Numbered from the stretch's first letter, positions 1 through 10,625 are shown. The stretch is DNA of 64,000 bases from Dehalococcoidia bacterium (GCA_965197645.1 OZ240219.1:64001-128000), one strand, 5' to 3'. Translations and numbers: made by a program. Notes: generated by a model from the letters alone, not told the origin.

Positions 1-34
1 CTCTGGTCTCGACGATTATCTGTTCATGGCTCAT
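1..34 (-). CDS. 5' end of a gene running off the window, probably enoyl-CoA hydratase/crotonase family (MSHEQIIVETR...)
   Basis: ATG at 34 with AGGAGAGG RBS upstream; N-terminus typical of crotonases; only 11 codons visible. Confidence 0.4.
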   Translation of the reverse strand, partial: MSHEQIIVETR

Positions 35-79
35 GGTTCGACCCTCTCCTTATGTCCCGAAACAGATTAGTCCCGGTGG

Positions 80-592
80 TTACAGGGGTGTCCCATAGGT
101 CTCCGAGAAGGTAATGTCTGATAGCTCCTTGCGACGTTTTCCTCGGCCGTCCCCCTCATCCAGCCTGTAACCGAAGGGCACGACGGTAATCAGCTCCGCC
201 TCGGCTGGTACATTGAGAATCTCCTTCACCTTGCGCATCTCCTCGTCGGTGAACAGGGTGACGAAACAGGTGCCCATGCCTTCCGCCCAGGCGACCAGCT
301 CCATCTGCTGCAGAGCTCTTCCCGCGTCCAGTCCGGGGCTGTCGGCGTTCACCATGACGATGGCGATTGCCAGGGGAGCATCGGCAAGAAAGGACCCGGT
401 GTTCGCCGCTTCCCCCAGCTTGCGCAGGGTCTCACGGTCTCGTATGACGATGAATTTCCAGGGCTGCTGGTTCCGCGAGCTGGGCGTCCAGCGTGCGGCG
501 TTCAGCAGTTTGGTTACAAGGTGATCGGGCACCGGGTCCGGCTTGAACCGCCTTACGGTGAGGCGGGAACGAACGCATTCGTAAATTTCCAT
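80..592 (-). CDS. Nitroreductase family protein
   Basis: R-x-T-V-R-R-F, PSSRNQQPWKF and GMGTC motifs. Confidence 0.9.
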   Translation of the reverse strand: MEIYECVRSRLTVRRFKPDPVPDHLVTKLLNAARWTPSSRNQQPWKFIVIRDRETLRKLGEAANTGSFLADAPLAIAIVMVNADSPGLDAGRALQQMELVAWAEGMGTCFVTLFTDEEMRKVKEILNVPAEAELITVVPFGYRLDEGDGRGKRRKELSDITFSETYGTPL

Positions 593-613
593 AGCAGGCT
601 CCTCGGTGATTCC

Positions 614-1237
614 CTAGTTCTCCTCGTCCGTGAATCCCGCCTTGGCGTGGGTCCCGTCGCAGAAGGGCTTGTTCTTGGACTGGCCGCAACGGCACAGGGT
701 GTAATGCTCGGCTGAGGCGCCCTCCATCTTCGGAACGTCCCTCAGCTCGACGCCGCCGGTAACGTGGTAAGGGCCGTTGCTGGATACGTCGATGGCGGGG
801 CCTCGTTGCTCCTCGTTGTATCTCACATCGTCTATGGAGTAGCTGATGGCGCCCGATGGACAGTCCTGCACAGCCTTGACTATGGCATCGAAGTCCGCCC
901 GGTCGGCATCGACACCCTCCTTGAACCTGAATGCAAGGCAATGACCGGCGTGGGAGCACAGCCCCCGATTGTCGTGGATCGTTATCTTCTTGCCGGCAAA
1001 GGTGTCCAGGCGGTCCCGGCTCTTGGCGCTGAGATTCTCGCCCGAAAAGCCGATGCTGGCGTGGGTCCCATCGCAATAGGGCTTGTTGGCGGACCCGCCG
1101 CAGCGACAAAGAGCTATGGTGCGCTGGCATTCCATGCTCTCGCCTCTGGAGTTGTGCAGCGTTTCCAGATACCGGACGATGTATGGGCCGTTCTCTGAAC
1201 ACTCTATGGAAGGGTTCTTGCTCTTTGATTCGGACAC
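614..1237 (-). CDS. CDGSH iron-sulfur domain protein (two CDGSH-type domains flanking a divergent ferredoxin-like domain)
   Basis: LCRCGGSANKPYCDGTH and LCRCGQSKNKPFCDGTH, central CSHAGHC...CPSGAI; probable GTG start at 1237 after GAGGAGG. Confidence 0.85.
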   Translation of the reverse strand: MSESKSKNPSIECSENGPYIVRYLETLHNSRGESMECQRTIALCRCGGSANKPYCDGTHASIGFSGENLSAKSRDRLDTFAGKKITIHDNRGLCSHAGHCLAFRFKEGVDADRADFDAIVKAVQDCPSGAISYSIDDVRYNEEQRGPAIDVSSNGPYHVTGGVELRDVPKMEGASAEHYTLCRCGQSKNKPFCDGTHAKAGFTDEEN

Positions 1238-1315
1238 TTTCTCCGCCTCCTCTGGTGGGTTGAAGTCCCGCGGGAAACGCGGCCATGATAGCACAACGGC
1301 AGCCGGACTCGACGG

Positions 1316-2572
1316 TCAAGCTTTAGCAGGCGATGGTCCGGTCACTACCAGGTCCCATCGCCTCGGCAGCAGGAGGGCTCCGACGGTCATGGCAACGGTT
1401 GCGAGGCTGGTGACCGTAAGGGCGGTCCTCAGATCGCCGGTGGACTGGTGCAGACCACCGGCGATGATCGGTCCCAGAAAAGCTCCCAGCCAGACCAGGG
1501 TCTGTTGAAAAGTGACGGCCACCACCACCTCTCTGGCTTTGATGCCCTTCAGCTCGAAGGGGATGGTCATGGTGATGGGGAAAAAGGTCCACCCCAGGGC
1601 GTTGGCCAGCTCAATCAGCGCCAGCAATGGATAAGACCCTGTCAGCAGCAACCCGACGGAGGACGCCGCCAGGAGGACCCCGGTAATGGCCAGAACCTGC
1701 CGTTTCCGGCCTATCTTCCTCACGAGCAGACCCATGCCTATCCCGGCGACGGCTGAGACGCCACCCCCCAGCGCCGACAGTGTAGCGGTTGTCTTTAGGG
1801 ACATTCCATACTCTTCCAGCATGTAGGTGGGCCAGAATGTCCCGATGGCCGAGAAGTTGATGCCGATCCCGAACATCCCGAGGCCTAGGAGCCACAGCTC
1901 TCGGTACCTCAAGATGGTCTTCAGAGGATTGGGGCCTTGGGACTGTAGCTCCGCTTCGTACTCCGGCGTTCTTCGCTCTCGACCCATTATCTGCCACAGG
2001 ATGGCCAAGGTCAGAGACACCCCGCCGAATATGAAGTAGGTGTTTCGCCAGTTGCCATCCATCAGATCCAGGACCAGGGGTGTAAGGACGTACCCCAGGG
2101 CCACTATGCCGAACATCAGGTTGCTGAGGGCGTTTACCACCACTATCTCTCTGGTCTGCACCCACTGCCGGATCAAGAGGACCCTCGCCGGCTCCCTGGC
2201 GATGGAGGCGACGCCGTAGGCAAACCTCCCGAACACCAGCACCGCAAAGACGGGGGACCATCCCTGGAAGAAGACCAGGCCGGCAGCGATGAAAAGACAT
2301 ACGGAGGTCAGCAGCTTGGGCCGGAATCTGGACAGGAGCCATCCAGCCGGAATCGCCAGGAGGATATTGCCGATGCGGGGCGCGGAGCCGAGGAATCCCG
2401 CCTTGAGGGGTGAGAGGCCAAACTCCTCTGTAATGCTGGGAAGCAGGAATCCCAGGCTCTCCAGGATGACGAAACCCCAGACGTGAGCGGTCATCCACAT
2501 CAACATGACCGCCCATCGGTATCCCGTAGGCGCTTCAGTAGTAGGACCGGTTGTCATAGCCTGTGGCATCAT
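1316..2572 (-). CDS. MFS transporter
   Basis: 418 aa, about 12 hydrophobic helices, GWLLSRFRPK and GLLVRKIGRK loop motifs. Confidence 0.85.
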   Translation of the reverse strand: MMPQAMTTGPTTEAPTGYRWAVMLMWMTAHVWGFVILESLGFLLPSITEEFGLSPLKAGFLGSAPRIGNILLAIPAGWLLSRFRPKLLTSVCLFIAAGLVFFQGWSPVFAVLVFGRFAYGVASIAREPARVLLIRQWVQTREIVVVNALSNLMFGIVALGYVLTPLVLDLMDGNWRNTYFIFGGVSLTLAILWQIMGRERRTPEYEAELQSQGPNPLKTILRYRELWLLGLGMFGIGINFSAIGTFWPTYMLEEYGMSLKTTATLSALGGGVSAVAGIGMGLLVRKIGRKRQVLAITGVLLAASSVGLLLTGSYPLLALIELANALGWTFFPITMTIPFELKGIKAREVVVAVTFQQTLVWLGAFLGPIIAGGLHQSTGDLRTALTVTSLATVAMTVGALLLPRRWDLVVTGPSPAKA

Positions 2573-2702
2573 ACTCCGTAGGCCGCGGAAAAAGAACGAG
2601 CGGCGCAGGTTCGAGTTGACAAATCCGAGGGCCGCTATCTAGTATCATCCCGTCGTCTTCAATGCATCTCGTTTGCTAGAACGGCCGGGAGGAGAAAAGC
2701 CG

Positions 2703-3842
2703 ATGAAATACGAGATCATCTCCAGCGATTCCCACATAGACTTGACCTGGCTTCCCGCAGACCTATTCGTTTCCGACGCGCCGCAAGAGTGGAAGGAGAA
2801 GGTGCCGCACGTGGTGGAGACCGATGCCGGCAAGTCCTGGCTAGCGGACGGCGCCGACCTCGGCGGTGTGGGAGGATCGGGCTTCACCGGCAACAAGGTG
2901 AAGGCCGGTTACTCCAAGCACGAAGACCGGATGATCGAAACGGGGTTCTACTCGGACGGAGCAAAAGGGATATTTCGGCCCACCACTCCCGAGCTTCGGA
3001 TTAAGGACCAGGAGATGGACGGCATCCATGCCGAGGTCATCTACGGAATACTGGGAGTGGGACAGCGCCTGGGAGAGCCGGATCTGACAAACTACGTGTT
3101 CAAGACCTACAACACTTGGGTGGCGGATTTCGCCAAGTCCAACCCGGACCGGTTCGCCGCGCTGGCATGCATTCCCAATCACTCGCCCGAGATAGCGGCA
3201 GAGGAGCTGAAACGGGCCGCCGGTCTGGGGCTCAGGGGAGCGGACTTCTGGGTCGCCTCAACCCTGAAGCCGGTCTACTATCGAGACTGGGACCCCCTGT
3301 GGGCCGCCGCGGCGGAAAGCCACATGCCCATCTCCTTCCACACCCTCGGCCTGTCTCCCCGGGAGCCGGACCAGGCCGAGGCCCAGACCTATGACCTCAC
3401 CTACAGGGCTATCCGCATCACCATGTTCCAGCTATCGGGCATCGAGTACATGGCAAGCGTCATATTCTCCGGCGCCTGCGACCGGCATCCCGACCTCAAG
3501 TTCGTGCTGGGCGAAGCCGGGATAAGCTGGATACCCTACGTGCTGGACCGGATGGACCACGAGTACGACGACCGCTACTACCAGCTCAACCTGAGCATGA
3601 GGCCCAGTGAGTTCTGGGCCCGCCAGGGCTATTCCACGTACCAGAAGGAAGGGATAGCCGGCGAGATAGTGTCGCTCATCGGCGAGGACAACGTCCTGTG
3701 GGGGTCCGACTATCCCCACCCCGACGGTGTGTGGCCCGACTCCCTCAAGGTGATCGAGGACAACCTGGGAGGCCTGGACGAAGGGACGAAGCGCAAGATC
3801 ACACGGGACAACGCCGGCAAGCTGTACGGGTTTTTCAACTAG
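2703..3842 (+). CDS. Amidohydrolase_2 family protein
   Basis: SSDSH, ISFH and WGSDYPH motifs; ATG 2703 after GGAGGAG. Confidence 0.9.
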   Translation: MKYEIISSDSHIDLTWLPADLFVSDAPQEWKEKVPHVVETDAGKSWLADGADLGGVGGSGFTGNKVKAGYSKHEDRMIETGFYSDGAKGIFRPTTPELRIKDQEMDGIHAEVIYGILGVGQRLGEPDLTNYVFKTYNTWVADFAKSNPDRFAALACIPNHSPEIAAEELKRAAGLGLRGADFWVASTLKPVYYRDWDPLWAAAAESHMPISFHTLGLSPREPDQAEAQTYDLTYRAIRITMFQLSGIEYMASVIFSGACDRHPDLKFVLGEAGISWIPYVLDRMDHEYDDRYYQLNLSMRPSEFWARQGYSTYQKEGIAGEIVSLIGEDNVLWGSDYPHPDGVWPDSLKVIEDNLGGLDEGTKRKITRDNAGKLYGFFN

Positions 3843-3861
3843 ACCTTAGACCATCCGCATC

Positions 3862-4356
3862 ATGAATTTCGAAGCTTCGATCTTCATACACACGCTGTCG
3901 GCCATAGTTTGGGCAGGCGGAGTCATCTTCCTAGCGGTGGTGATGGTACCGCTCTCCAGGCAGCTTCAGGACCCGCCAGGTATCGGCATACGCATCCTCC
4001 AATCTACGGCACGCCGGTTCAGGCTGGTGGCGTGGGTCTCCCTGCTGATCCTCATCGTCTCAGGGATCTGGGTGCTGGAGGAGCGAGGCATCAGCTTTCC
4101 CGACGTGTTCACCGGTGACGGCCCCTTCTTCGATGCCTTGCGCATCAAGGTGATCCTGGTGCTGGTGCTGATTGTTCTCAGCATACTGCACGATTTCATC
4201 CTGGGGCCGAGGCTGGCGCGCAAGATGGAGGGGACAAACCTATCAATCGAAACGGCTGCCGCGGTCCAGCGACAAAGGATGGCAGTCTCCTGGCTGGCGC
4301 GGCTGAACCTGCTGCTGGCGCTGGCCATCGTAGCTTTTGGGACCATCCTGTCCTAG
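3862..4356 (+). CDS. CopD/DUF4149-like 4-TM membrane protein
   Basis: HTLSAIVWAGG, K..LV...LS..HDF.LGP pattern. Confidence 0.7.
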   Translation: MNFEASIFIHTLSAIVWAGGVIFLAVVMVPLSRQLQDPPGIGIRILQSTARRFRLVAWVSLLILIVSGIWVLEERGISFPDVFTGDGPFFDALRIKVILVLVLIVLSILHDFILGPRLARKMEGTNLSIETAAAVQRQRMAVSWLARLNLLLALAIVAFGTILS

Positions 4357-4481
4357 CGCCCGCCGGACCAAGGTGGGCATTACAGGGCCAGGTGAGTTAG
4401 GGCGAGTCATTATTCTCTTTGACACCGTCAGACCGCGTCGGTAACATGTTGGCCTAACCCCACCATCGGAGCCGGTCCTCT

Positions 4482-6008
4482 ATGGCAACTTCAATCATTC
4501 GCGGCAGATACCTGGTCACCCGGGCAGGCGACGATTCTTCCCAGGTCATTTCGGACGGCGCTCTGTACCAGCGGGACGGGGTGATAGAGGACGTCGGCGA
4601 CTACAATGGGATCAAGGACAGGCATCAGGCGGACGTCGAGATCGGCGGTGACAAATTCCTGGTTATTCCCGGCCTCGTGAACTCCCATCACCACGGAAAG
4701 GGGGTCACCGGATTCCAGCTGGGGAGCCTGGACGACCAGCTGGAGTACTGGATAATCGATGCCTGGGCCCACAAAGGCAGAGACCATTACCTGGACACGG
4801 TCTACTCGTGCATGAACCTGGTGCGCTCGGGTACGACTACCGTAATGTTCAACCACACGCCCGGCGTCGCGGAGACGTTGGACGAAGACTGCCGGCGGAT
4901 CCTCGAAGGGATAAGAAGCGTTGGTGTTAGGGCTGCATACTCCACCTACCTTGAGAACCAGTACCGGATAGTGGCCGAAGAAGACCAATCGTTCCTCTCC
5001 CAATTGCCTTCAGAACTCGCGGGCCGGGTGAAGAAGCACCTCTCCAGCACGTACGTCTCCGACGATCAGTACCTGGACTCCTTTAGTAGCATGCATGAGG
5101 AGTGGGACGACGGCGCCAAGCTGCGTATCTTTCTAGCGCCGGCCAATGCCCACTGGGTTTCGGACGAAATGCTCCAGAGGATGAAGGAGTATGCCGGCCG
5201 GTTGGATACCGGTATCCATATTCATCTGGTGGAGAACGTCTACGAGAAGCTGATCGGTATCAAGAGGTTCGGAGAGACTCCCATGGAGCACCTGGATAGG
5301 TTGGGCTTCCTGGGAAACGAGGTGTCCCTTGCCCATGGCGTGTGGCTCACCGACAGAGACATGGAGTTGGCAGCGGAGCACGGTGTCTCCGTATGCCATA
5401 ACCCCAGCTCCAATCTGCGCCTGAAGTCGGGAATCGCTCCGGTGCCGGTGATGCTGGCCAAGGGCGTGAACGTGGGCATCGGCACCGACGGCTACTCGAT
5501 AAACGACGACGAGGACATCCTGCAGGAGATGCGGCTGGCCCATATGCTTCACAATCCTCCGGGCGCCGCCTCGCCGTCTCTCACTTCCCACCAGATGCTG
5601 AAGATGACTACGGTGAACGGCGCCAAGACGACCTCGTTCCCTGACGTCGGGGCGTTGGAAAAGGGCATGAGGGCCGACGCCGTGCTTGTCCGGCTGGACA
5701 GACTGACGGAGCCCTACCTGGACCCAGACGCAAGCATCGTGGACGCGCTGGTGTACCGGGGCAGGGCGCAGGACGTGGATACGGTGGTCATCGACGGTGA
5801 GGTGGTGCTGCGCGATGGCCGATTCGTCAACATAGACGAAGAGGACGTGAAGGCCCGTCTGAAGGAGGGCCTCGAACGGCCTCCAACGGAGAATGAAGTT
5901 GCCACTGCTCGGACTGTCCGTGACATGATGCCCTACGTGAAGCGGTTCTACGAGAGCTGGGACATCGGCGAGCAGGTCCCCTACTTCAAGTATCACAGCT
6001 CTCGGTAG
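4482..6008 (+). CDS. Amidohydrolase_1 family deaminase (SsnA/AtzA/MTA-SAH deaminase-like)
   Basis: PGLVNSHHH, HIHLVE, AHGVW, HNPSSNLRLKSG, GTDG, G.LE.G.RAD. Confidence 0.88.
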   Translation: MATSIIRGRYLVTRAGDDSSQVISDGALYQRDGVIEDVGDYNGIKDRHQADVEIGGDKFLVIPGLVNSHHHGKGVTGFQLGSLDDQLEYWIIDAWAHKGRDHYLDTVYSCMNLVRSGTTTVMFNHTPGVAETLDEDCRRILEGIRSVGVRAAYSTYLENQYRIVAEEDQSFLSQLPSELAGRVKKHLSSTYVSDDQYLDSFSSMHEEWDDGAKLRIFLAPANAHWVSDEMLQRMKEYAGRLDTGIHIHLVENVYEKLIGIKRFGETPMEHLDRLGFLGNEVSLAHGVWLTDRDMELAAEHGVSVCHNPSSNLRLKSGIAPVPVMLAKGVNVGIGTDGYSINDDEDILQEMRLAHMLHNPPGAASPSLTSHQMLKMTTVNGAKTTSFPDVGALEKGMRADAVLVRLDRLTEPYLDPDASIVDALVYRGRAQDVDTVVIDGEVVLRDGRFVNIDEEDVKARLKEGLERPPTENEVATARTVRDMMPYVKRFYESWDIGEQVPYFKYHSSR

Positions 6009-6025
6009 CTGCTCTTCGATACCAC

Positions 6026-6826
6026 ATGCCCGACAATATACTGGCCCTGGACTTCGACGGTGTAATCTGCGATAGCGCCGGGGAGTGCCTGGTGTCGTCC
6101 TACGCCGCTTTCGCCGCTGCCAAGGGGCTGGAGTTCGTTCCGGAGCTGGCCCATGTCCCCGAGCATTTCCGCCTGGAGTTCTTCCGCATCAGGCCGTTCG
6201 TGCGGGACGGCGAGGACTACCTCAAGTCCCTGTACCTCATCGATAAGGGAGTGTCTGTACAGTCTCAGGAGGACTTCGATGGAGGAGCCTCGGAGTTGCT
6301 GGCGGAGATATCGGCGTTCTACGGGGTGGAGGGAGACTGGGGGCTGGAGGCCCACTTCCAGCGCAGCCGAGCCCTGGTGAGGGAGAGGGACGAAGGCGCA
6401 TGGATGGACATGAACCCGTTGTACAGAGGTATGGCGGATGCGCTAGCCGTACGACGGGGCGATCTGGACTCGGTCTACGTGACCACGTCAAAGCCAACGG
6501 GTCCCGCCTCTATGATCTTGAAACACAATGGGGCCGGCATCCCGGAGGAACGGGTCCTGGGCAAGGACAAAGTGACCAGGACCACCGGCAAGAACGGGCA
6601 CATGGCCCTTGTGCATGAGCTTACGTCGGTCGCCTGGGAGAGGATACACCTGGTGGACGACCAGGTATCCCATCTGAAGGCGGCCTCGGCGTTGGGCGTT
6701 AGGTGCTACCTGGCCTCGTGGGGGTACAACACCCCGCAGCAGCGGCGGGAAGCAAAGGCCGAAGGCATAGAGGTGCTGCAGCAGAATGAATTGTCTTCCT
6801 GGATGGAGCGGTTGGTGGGGCGCTGA
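6026..6826 (+). CDS. HAD-superfamily hydrolase
   Basis: LDFDGVICDS motif I, TTSK, LVDD, ASWGYN. Confidence 0.85.
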   Translation: MPDNILALDFDGVICDSAGECLVSSYAAFAAAKGLEFVPELAHVPEHFRLEFFRIRPFVRDGEDYLKSLYLIDKGVSVQSQEDFDGGASELLAEISAFYGVEGDWGLEAHFQRSRALVRERDEGAWMDMNPLYRGMADALAVRRGDLDSVYVTTSKPTGPASMILKHNGAGIPEERVLGKDKVTRTTGKNGHMALVHELTSVAWERIHLVDDQVSHLKAASALGVRCYLASWGYNTPQQRREAKAEGIEVLQQNELSSWMERLVGR

Positions 6827-6920
6827 GGCCCAGATCCGAGGTTACCGGAAAAAGGCAGCTATCTCCCGCTAGCCTACAAACCAAGTGCCGTATGGGGCAG
6901 GAGGGATGAGGAGGAGTACT

Positions 6921-7646
6921 ATGACCTCGATTCAAGATTTCGTTGACCACCGTTGGGCGGATGCCAAGGAAGAATTGAGGAAGGTAGACCCAGACTTCGT
7001 TAGCAAGTTGGAAAACGCAGTCCGTCTGCAGAACATCGGGCTAGAGCCCCCGTGGATAATTGACAGCAAGCGCAAATCTCGGAGATCGCTCCCCGCAGGG
7101 TGGCACCGCCTGTTAGAAGCCTGTGTTGAGTTGTTAACACAGGCGACGTACTTACACGTTGCGGCGGCCAGCCTAACTGCTGAAGCTAGCGCAGGATTGC
7201 AGAGCTACGAAGCCGGACCACGGATTGACTATCACATTCGCTCATGGTTCATTCACGGAGTTGCATTGGCTGAGCGTACGAACGATGCAATCAGGAAGAC
7301 CACAAACGTGTATTTGCCTGGTAAGGCCGGTAATGAGATTGGAAAACGCTATCAAGAACGTGTGCAGGAGTGCGTCAGCAAGCCGCTCGAAGAAAATCGA
7401 CACACGTTCGTTCACCCGAGAAGGTCTTGGGCCAGGGCTATCACAAACGATGAATCCTGGGAGGGTATGGTCGCCACTGGCATGACTGCTGCGAAATTCC
7501 TCGAGGAATTCTATTACCCAAGATCGCAAGACAGGGTGATGGAGGGTAGATACGAGGTCTTCGCCACCGAAACCGAGGAGAAACTCGCCCGTATCGGAGC
7601 GATTCTGCAGGAGTGTGAAACAGAGCTGACGAGTGGTGAGCAGTGA
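6921..7646 (+). CDS. Hypothetical protein, putative HEPN-like (Rx4H motif)
   Basis: ATG 6921 after GAGGAGG; helical-looking sequence with ENRHTFVH; visibly more AT-rich than neighbours. Confidence 0.5.
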   Translation: MTSIQDFVDHRWADAKEELRKVDPDFVSKLENAVRLQNIGLEPPWIIDSKRKSRRSLPAGWHRLLEACVELLTQATYLHVAAASLTAEASAGLQSYEAGPRIDYHIRSWFIHGVALAERTNDAIRKTTNVYLPGKAGNEIGKRYQERVQECVSKPLEENRHTFVHPRRSWARAITNDESWEGMVATGMTAAKFLEEFYYPRSQDRVMEGRYEVFATETEEKLARIGAILQECETELTSGEQ

Positions 7647-7746
7647 GGAACATAGCCGTCAGATGATCCAGCTTATGAGGGAATAACGAATCATGCGAAC
7701 GGCGCTACACATCAATGCGCGCGAAACCGGGGTCCCAACGCCAGGG

Positions 7747-8964
7747 TTACAGGATGGCGCCCGCGTCTTTCAGCTTGCCGATGTCATTCCAGTCGTAGCC
7801 CAGCTCCAACAGCACCTCCTCGGTGTGCTGGCCGGTCTCGGGTGCAGGGCCCCGGGGTTGGACCTGGCTTTGACCGAACACCACTGGCATTTTCAGCGTC
7901 TCGTATGGGCCATGCGTGGGGTGTTCCAGCGTGGCGAAGAGCTCGTTGGCGCCGGTCTGGGGATCGTTTATAGCTTCGGTAACCGTCTGCACCGGGGCCC
8001 AGTGACGAGCGTTGGCATCGAGGATGGGAACGATCTCTTCCATGGTCAACGCCCCTATTGACCTGTCCAACTCTCGGATGAGCAGTTCCGAGTGGTTTTT
8101 CCGCTTTTCGAAGGTGTCGTAGGCGGGATCGGTTGCCAGGTCGGCCCGTCCGAGGGCCGTACAGAAGCCCGCCCATGCTTCGTTGTCGTCCGAGGCCTCA
8201 CTGAGGATGATATTGAACCATTTTCCGTCTTTGGTGCGGTAGTAGTTCATCTCGGGCACGAGCTTGTTAGTCCGAGTCCACAGCTTGGGGTCTGCGTTGG
8301 CTTGGACGGCCTCGGCCACATCGGTGCCGATGACCCAGAGACCCACGTTGAAAAGGGACGCCGACAGCTGTTGTCCTCTGCCGGTGCGCTCCTTTTCGAT
8401 CAGCGCCGCCAGTATGCCCGACAGGACCACGGGCGATGAGACGTGATCCCCGAAGCCGGACCGCAGCTCCACGGGCGGCGCTCCCGGCTCCCTCATAATC
8501 GAACACATGCCCGAGCGGGCCCAGAAGGCGTTCAGGTCGAAGCCGGTGCGGTCCTTATCGGGGCCGCGCTGGCCGTAGGCATTAAACGCCAGGTAGATGA
8601 TCTGCGGATTGACCTTCGATAGCTCCTCGTAGGTCAGGTGAAACCGCTCCAGCCTGGCGGGGACGAGATTGGTCAGGAAAACATCGGCTTCTTCGGTCAG
8701 CTTCCACACCACCCGGGTCGCCTCATCTTTGGACAGGTCGAGGGCGATGCCCCGCTTGCCCCTGTTGTCCATCTCGAAGGGATAGCTGACGGGGAACTCA
8801 AAGTCGAACATATCGTCGGCGCCCGTTTGCCGCCATGGGTCTCCCTGCAACGGCTCCACCTTGACGACACTGGCGCCCATATCGGCCATCATCGCCGCCG
8901 CGGAGGGCACGGCGAGAAAGTTTGCTATTTCGAGTACCCTGATACCTTCGAGGGGGCCTGACAT
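7747..8964 (-). CDS. CaiB/BaiF family III CoA-transferase
   Basis: PLEGIRVLE, VVKVEP..GDPWR, NRGKR, GD catalytic Asp, GQHTEEVL. Confidence 0.92.
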   Translation of the reverse strand: MSGPLEGIRVLEIANFLAVPSAAAMMADMGASVVKVEPLQGDPWRQTGADDMFDFEFPVSYPFEMDNRGKRGIALDLSKDEATRVVWKLTEEADVFLTNLVPARLERFHLTYEELSKVNPQIIYLAFNAYGQRGPDKDRTGFDLNAFWARSGMCSIMREPGAPPVELRSGFGDHVSSPVVLSGILAALIEKERTGRGQQLSASLFNVGLWVIGTDVAEAVQANADPKLWTRTNKLVPEMNYYRTKDGKWFNIILSEASDDNEAWAGFCTALGRADLATDPAYDTFEKRKNHSELLIRELDRSIGALTMEEIVPILDANARHWAPVQTVTEAINDPQTGANELFATLEHPTHGPYETLKMPVVFGQSQVQPRGPAPETGQHTEEVLLELGYDWNDIGKLKDAGAIL

Positions 8965-9056
8965 CGGTTACCTTCCTCGGGACCTGTTTTGCCTGTACAG
9001 CCGTCTCGCGCCGTCATATGATAGCCCCGGTGTCCACGAATACAAGGGGGAGCGTC

Positions 9057-10625
9057 ATGCTGGACCTATTGATTACTGGCGGCGTCATCATCGATGGCAC
9101 GGGAAGCGCGGGCTATTACGGCTCGGTGGGCGTTGAGGGCGAAAAGGTCAGGATAATCCGAGGCGATGTATCCGCAATACAGGCCGGCAAGGTCATAGAC
9201 GCCACCGGCTGCATAGTCTGTCCCGGGTTCATCGATCTCCACTCACACGCCGGCCTGGTTATGCTGGCGGAGCCCCGGCACGAGCCTAAAGTGCGGCAGG
9301 GCGTCACCACCGAGCTCATCGGCATCGACGGACTCTCCTACGCTCCGGTCCAGCACCGGAAGGACTTCGACGATCTGGTGGAGATGAACTCGGGGCTCGA
9401 TGGCGCCCCGGAGCTGCCGGAGAGCTGGGACTCGGTGGCGGAGTACCTCTCGATGTTCGATCGCAAGGTGGCCATTAATGTGGCCTACATCATCGGCAAC
9501 TCGCCGTTGAGGGTCATGGGCGTGGGCTGGGACGACCGCGAGGCCACCGGCGCGGAGCTGGAGAGGATGAAATCGCTGCTGAGGGAGGGGATGGAGGAGG
9601 GCGCCTTCGGACTGTCGACGGGCCTGGACTATCCGCCGGGAAGCTACGCCAACACCGAGGAGCTCATCGAGCTGAGCAAGGAGGCGGCGAGGTGGGGAGG
9701 GATCTACCACACCCACGTCCGCTACGGCCTGGGCGACCGGTTTCTGGACCCCTTCCGAGAGGCGCTGGAGATAGGTCGCAAGGCGGAGCTGCCCTGCCAC
9801 CTGACCCACTTCTATCAGGGCATCGCCAAACAGGGTCCGGCTTCCGACCTGATAGGGCTGGTAGAGGCCTCTCGAAACGAGGGGCTGGACGTTACATTCG
9901 ATTGCTACCCCTATGTCTACAGCAGCACCCGGCTGCTGATCTTCATTCCCCAGTGGGCCCACGATGGGGGCGTCGACAAGATGAAACGAGTGCTGGCATC
10001 GGCGGAAGGCCGGGAGCGAATCAAGAAAGAGATATCCGAGTCCGGCGGTTACGACGACGTCTACCTGACCTACTTCAAAAAGCCCCACAACCAACGTTAC
10101 GAGGGCCGAACGCTGGCCCAAGTGGCAGACTCGATGGGCATGGACCCCGTAGACGCCATGTGTGACCTGCTGCTGGATGAGGACCTGCAGACCTCCTTTG
10201 TGAGCCCGGGAGTCAACGCCAACACCCTAGCCAAGTTCGTGGCCCACCCGATGTCGATGGTCGGGACCGATGCCCTGCTGCTGGGCGACTATCCCAGTCC
10301 CAGGTCCTATGGGGCGTTCCCCAAGCTCCTTTCGGAGTTTGTTCGCGACGAACAGTTTCTGCCGTTGCCCCAGGCAATACGGAAGATGACCTCTTTCCCG
10401 GCGCAGCGGCTGGGACTCAAGGACCGGGGCATCCTGCGGGACGGGATGCACGCCGATATAGTGGTCTTCAACAACGAGACCATCGACGCTCCGGGAACGA
10501 GGGACGATCCGAAGCAGTATCCCAAGGGAATCGAGTACGTGATAGTGAACGGCAGGACCGTGGTGGAGAGAGGGCAGCACACGGGAGCACTGCCCGGCCG
10601 GGGGTTACGGCGGGGAATAGACTAG
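9057..10625 (+). CDS. N-acyl-D-amino-acid deacylase (D-aminoacylase) family
   Basis: CPGFIDLHSH, GLSTGLDYPPG, HTHVR, DCYPY, PRSYGAFP, KMTSFPA. Confidence 0.9.
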   Translation: MLDLLITGGVIIDGTGSAGYYGSVGVEGEKVRIIRGDVSAIQAGKVIDATGCIVCPGFIDLHSHAGLVMLAEPRHEPKVRQGVTTELIGIDGLSYAPVQHRKDFDDLVEMNSGLDGAPELPESWDSVAEYLSMFDRKVAINVAYIIGNSPLRVMGVGWDDREATGAELERMKSLLREGMEEGAFGLSTGLDYPPGSYANTEELIELSKEAARWGGIYHTHVRYGLGDRFLDPFREALEIGRKAELPCHLTHFYQGIAKQGPASDLIGLVEASRNEGLDVTFDCYPYVYSSTRLLIFIPQWAHDGGVDKMKRVLASAEGRERIKKEISESGGYDDVYLTYFKKPHNQRYEGRTLAQVADSMGMDPVDAMCDLLLDEDLQTSFVSPGVNANTLAKFVAHPMSMVGTDALLLGDYPSPRSYGAFPKLLSEFVRDEQFLPLPQAIRKMTSFPAQRLGLKDRGILRDGMHADIVVFNNETIDAPGTRDDPKQYPKGIEYVIVNGRTVVERGQHTGALPGRGLRRGID

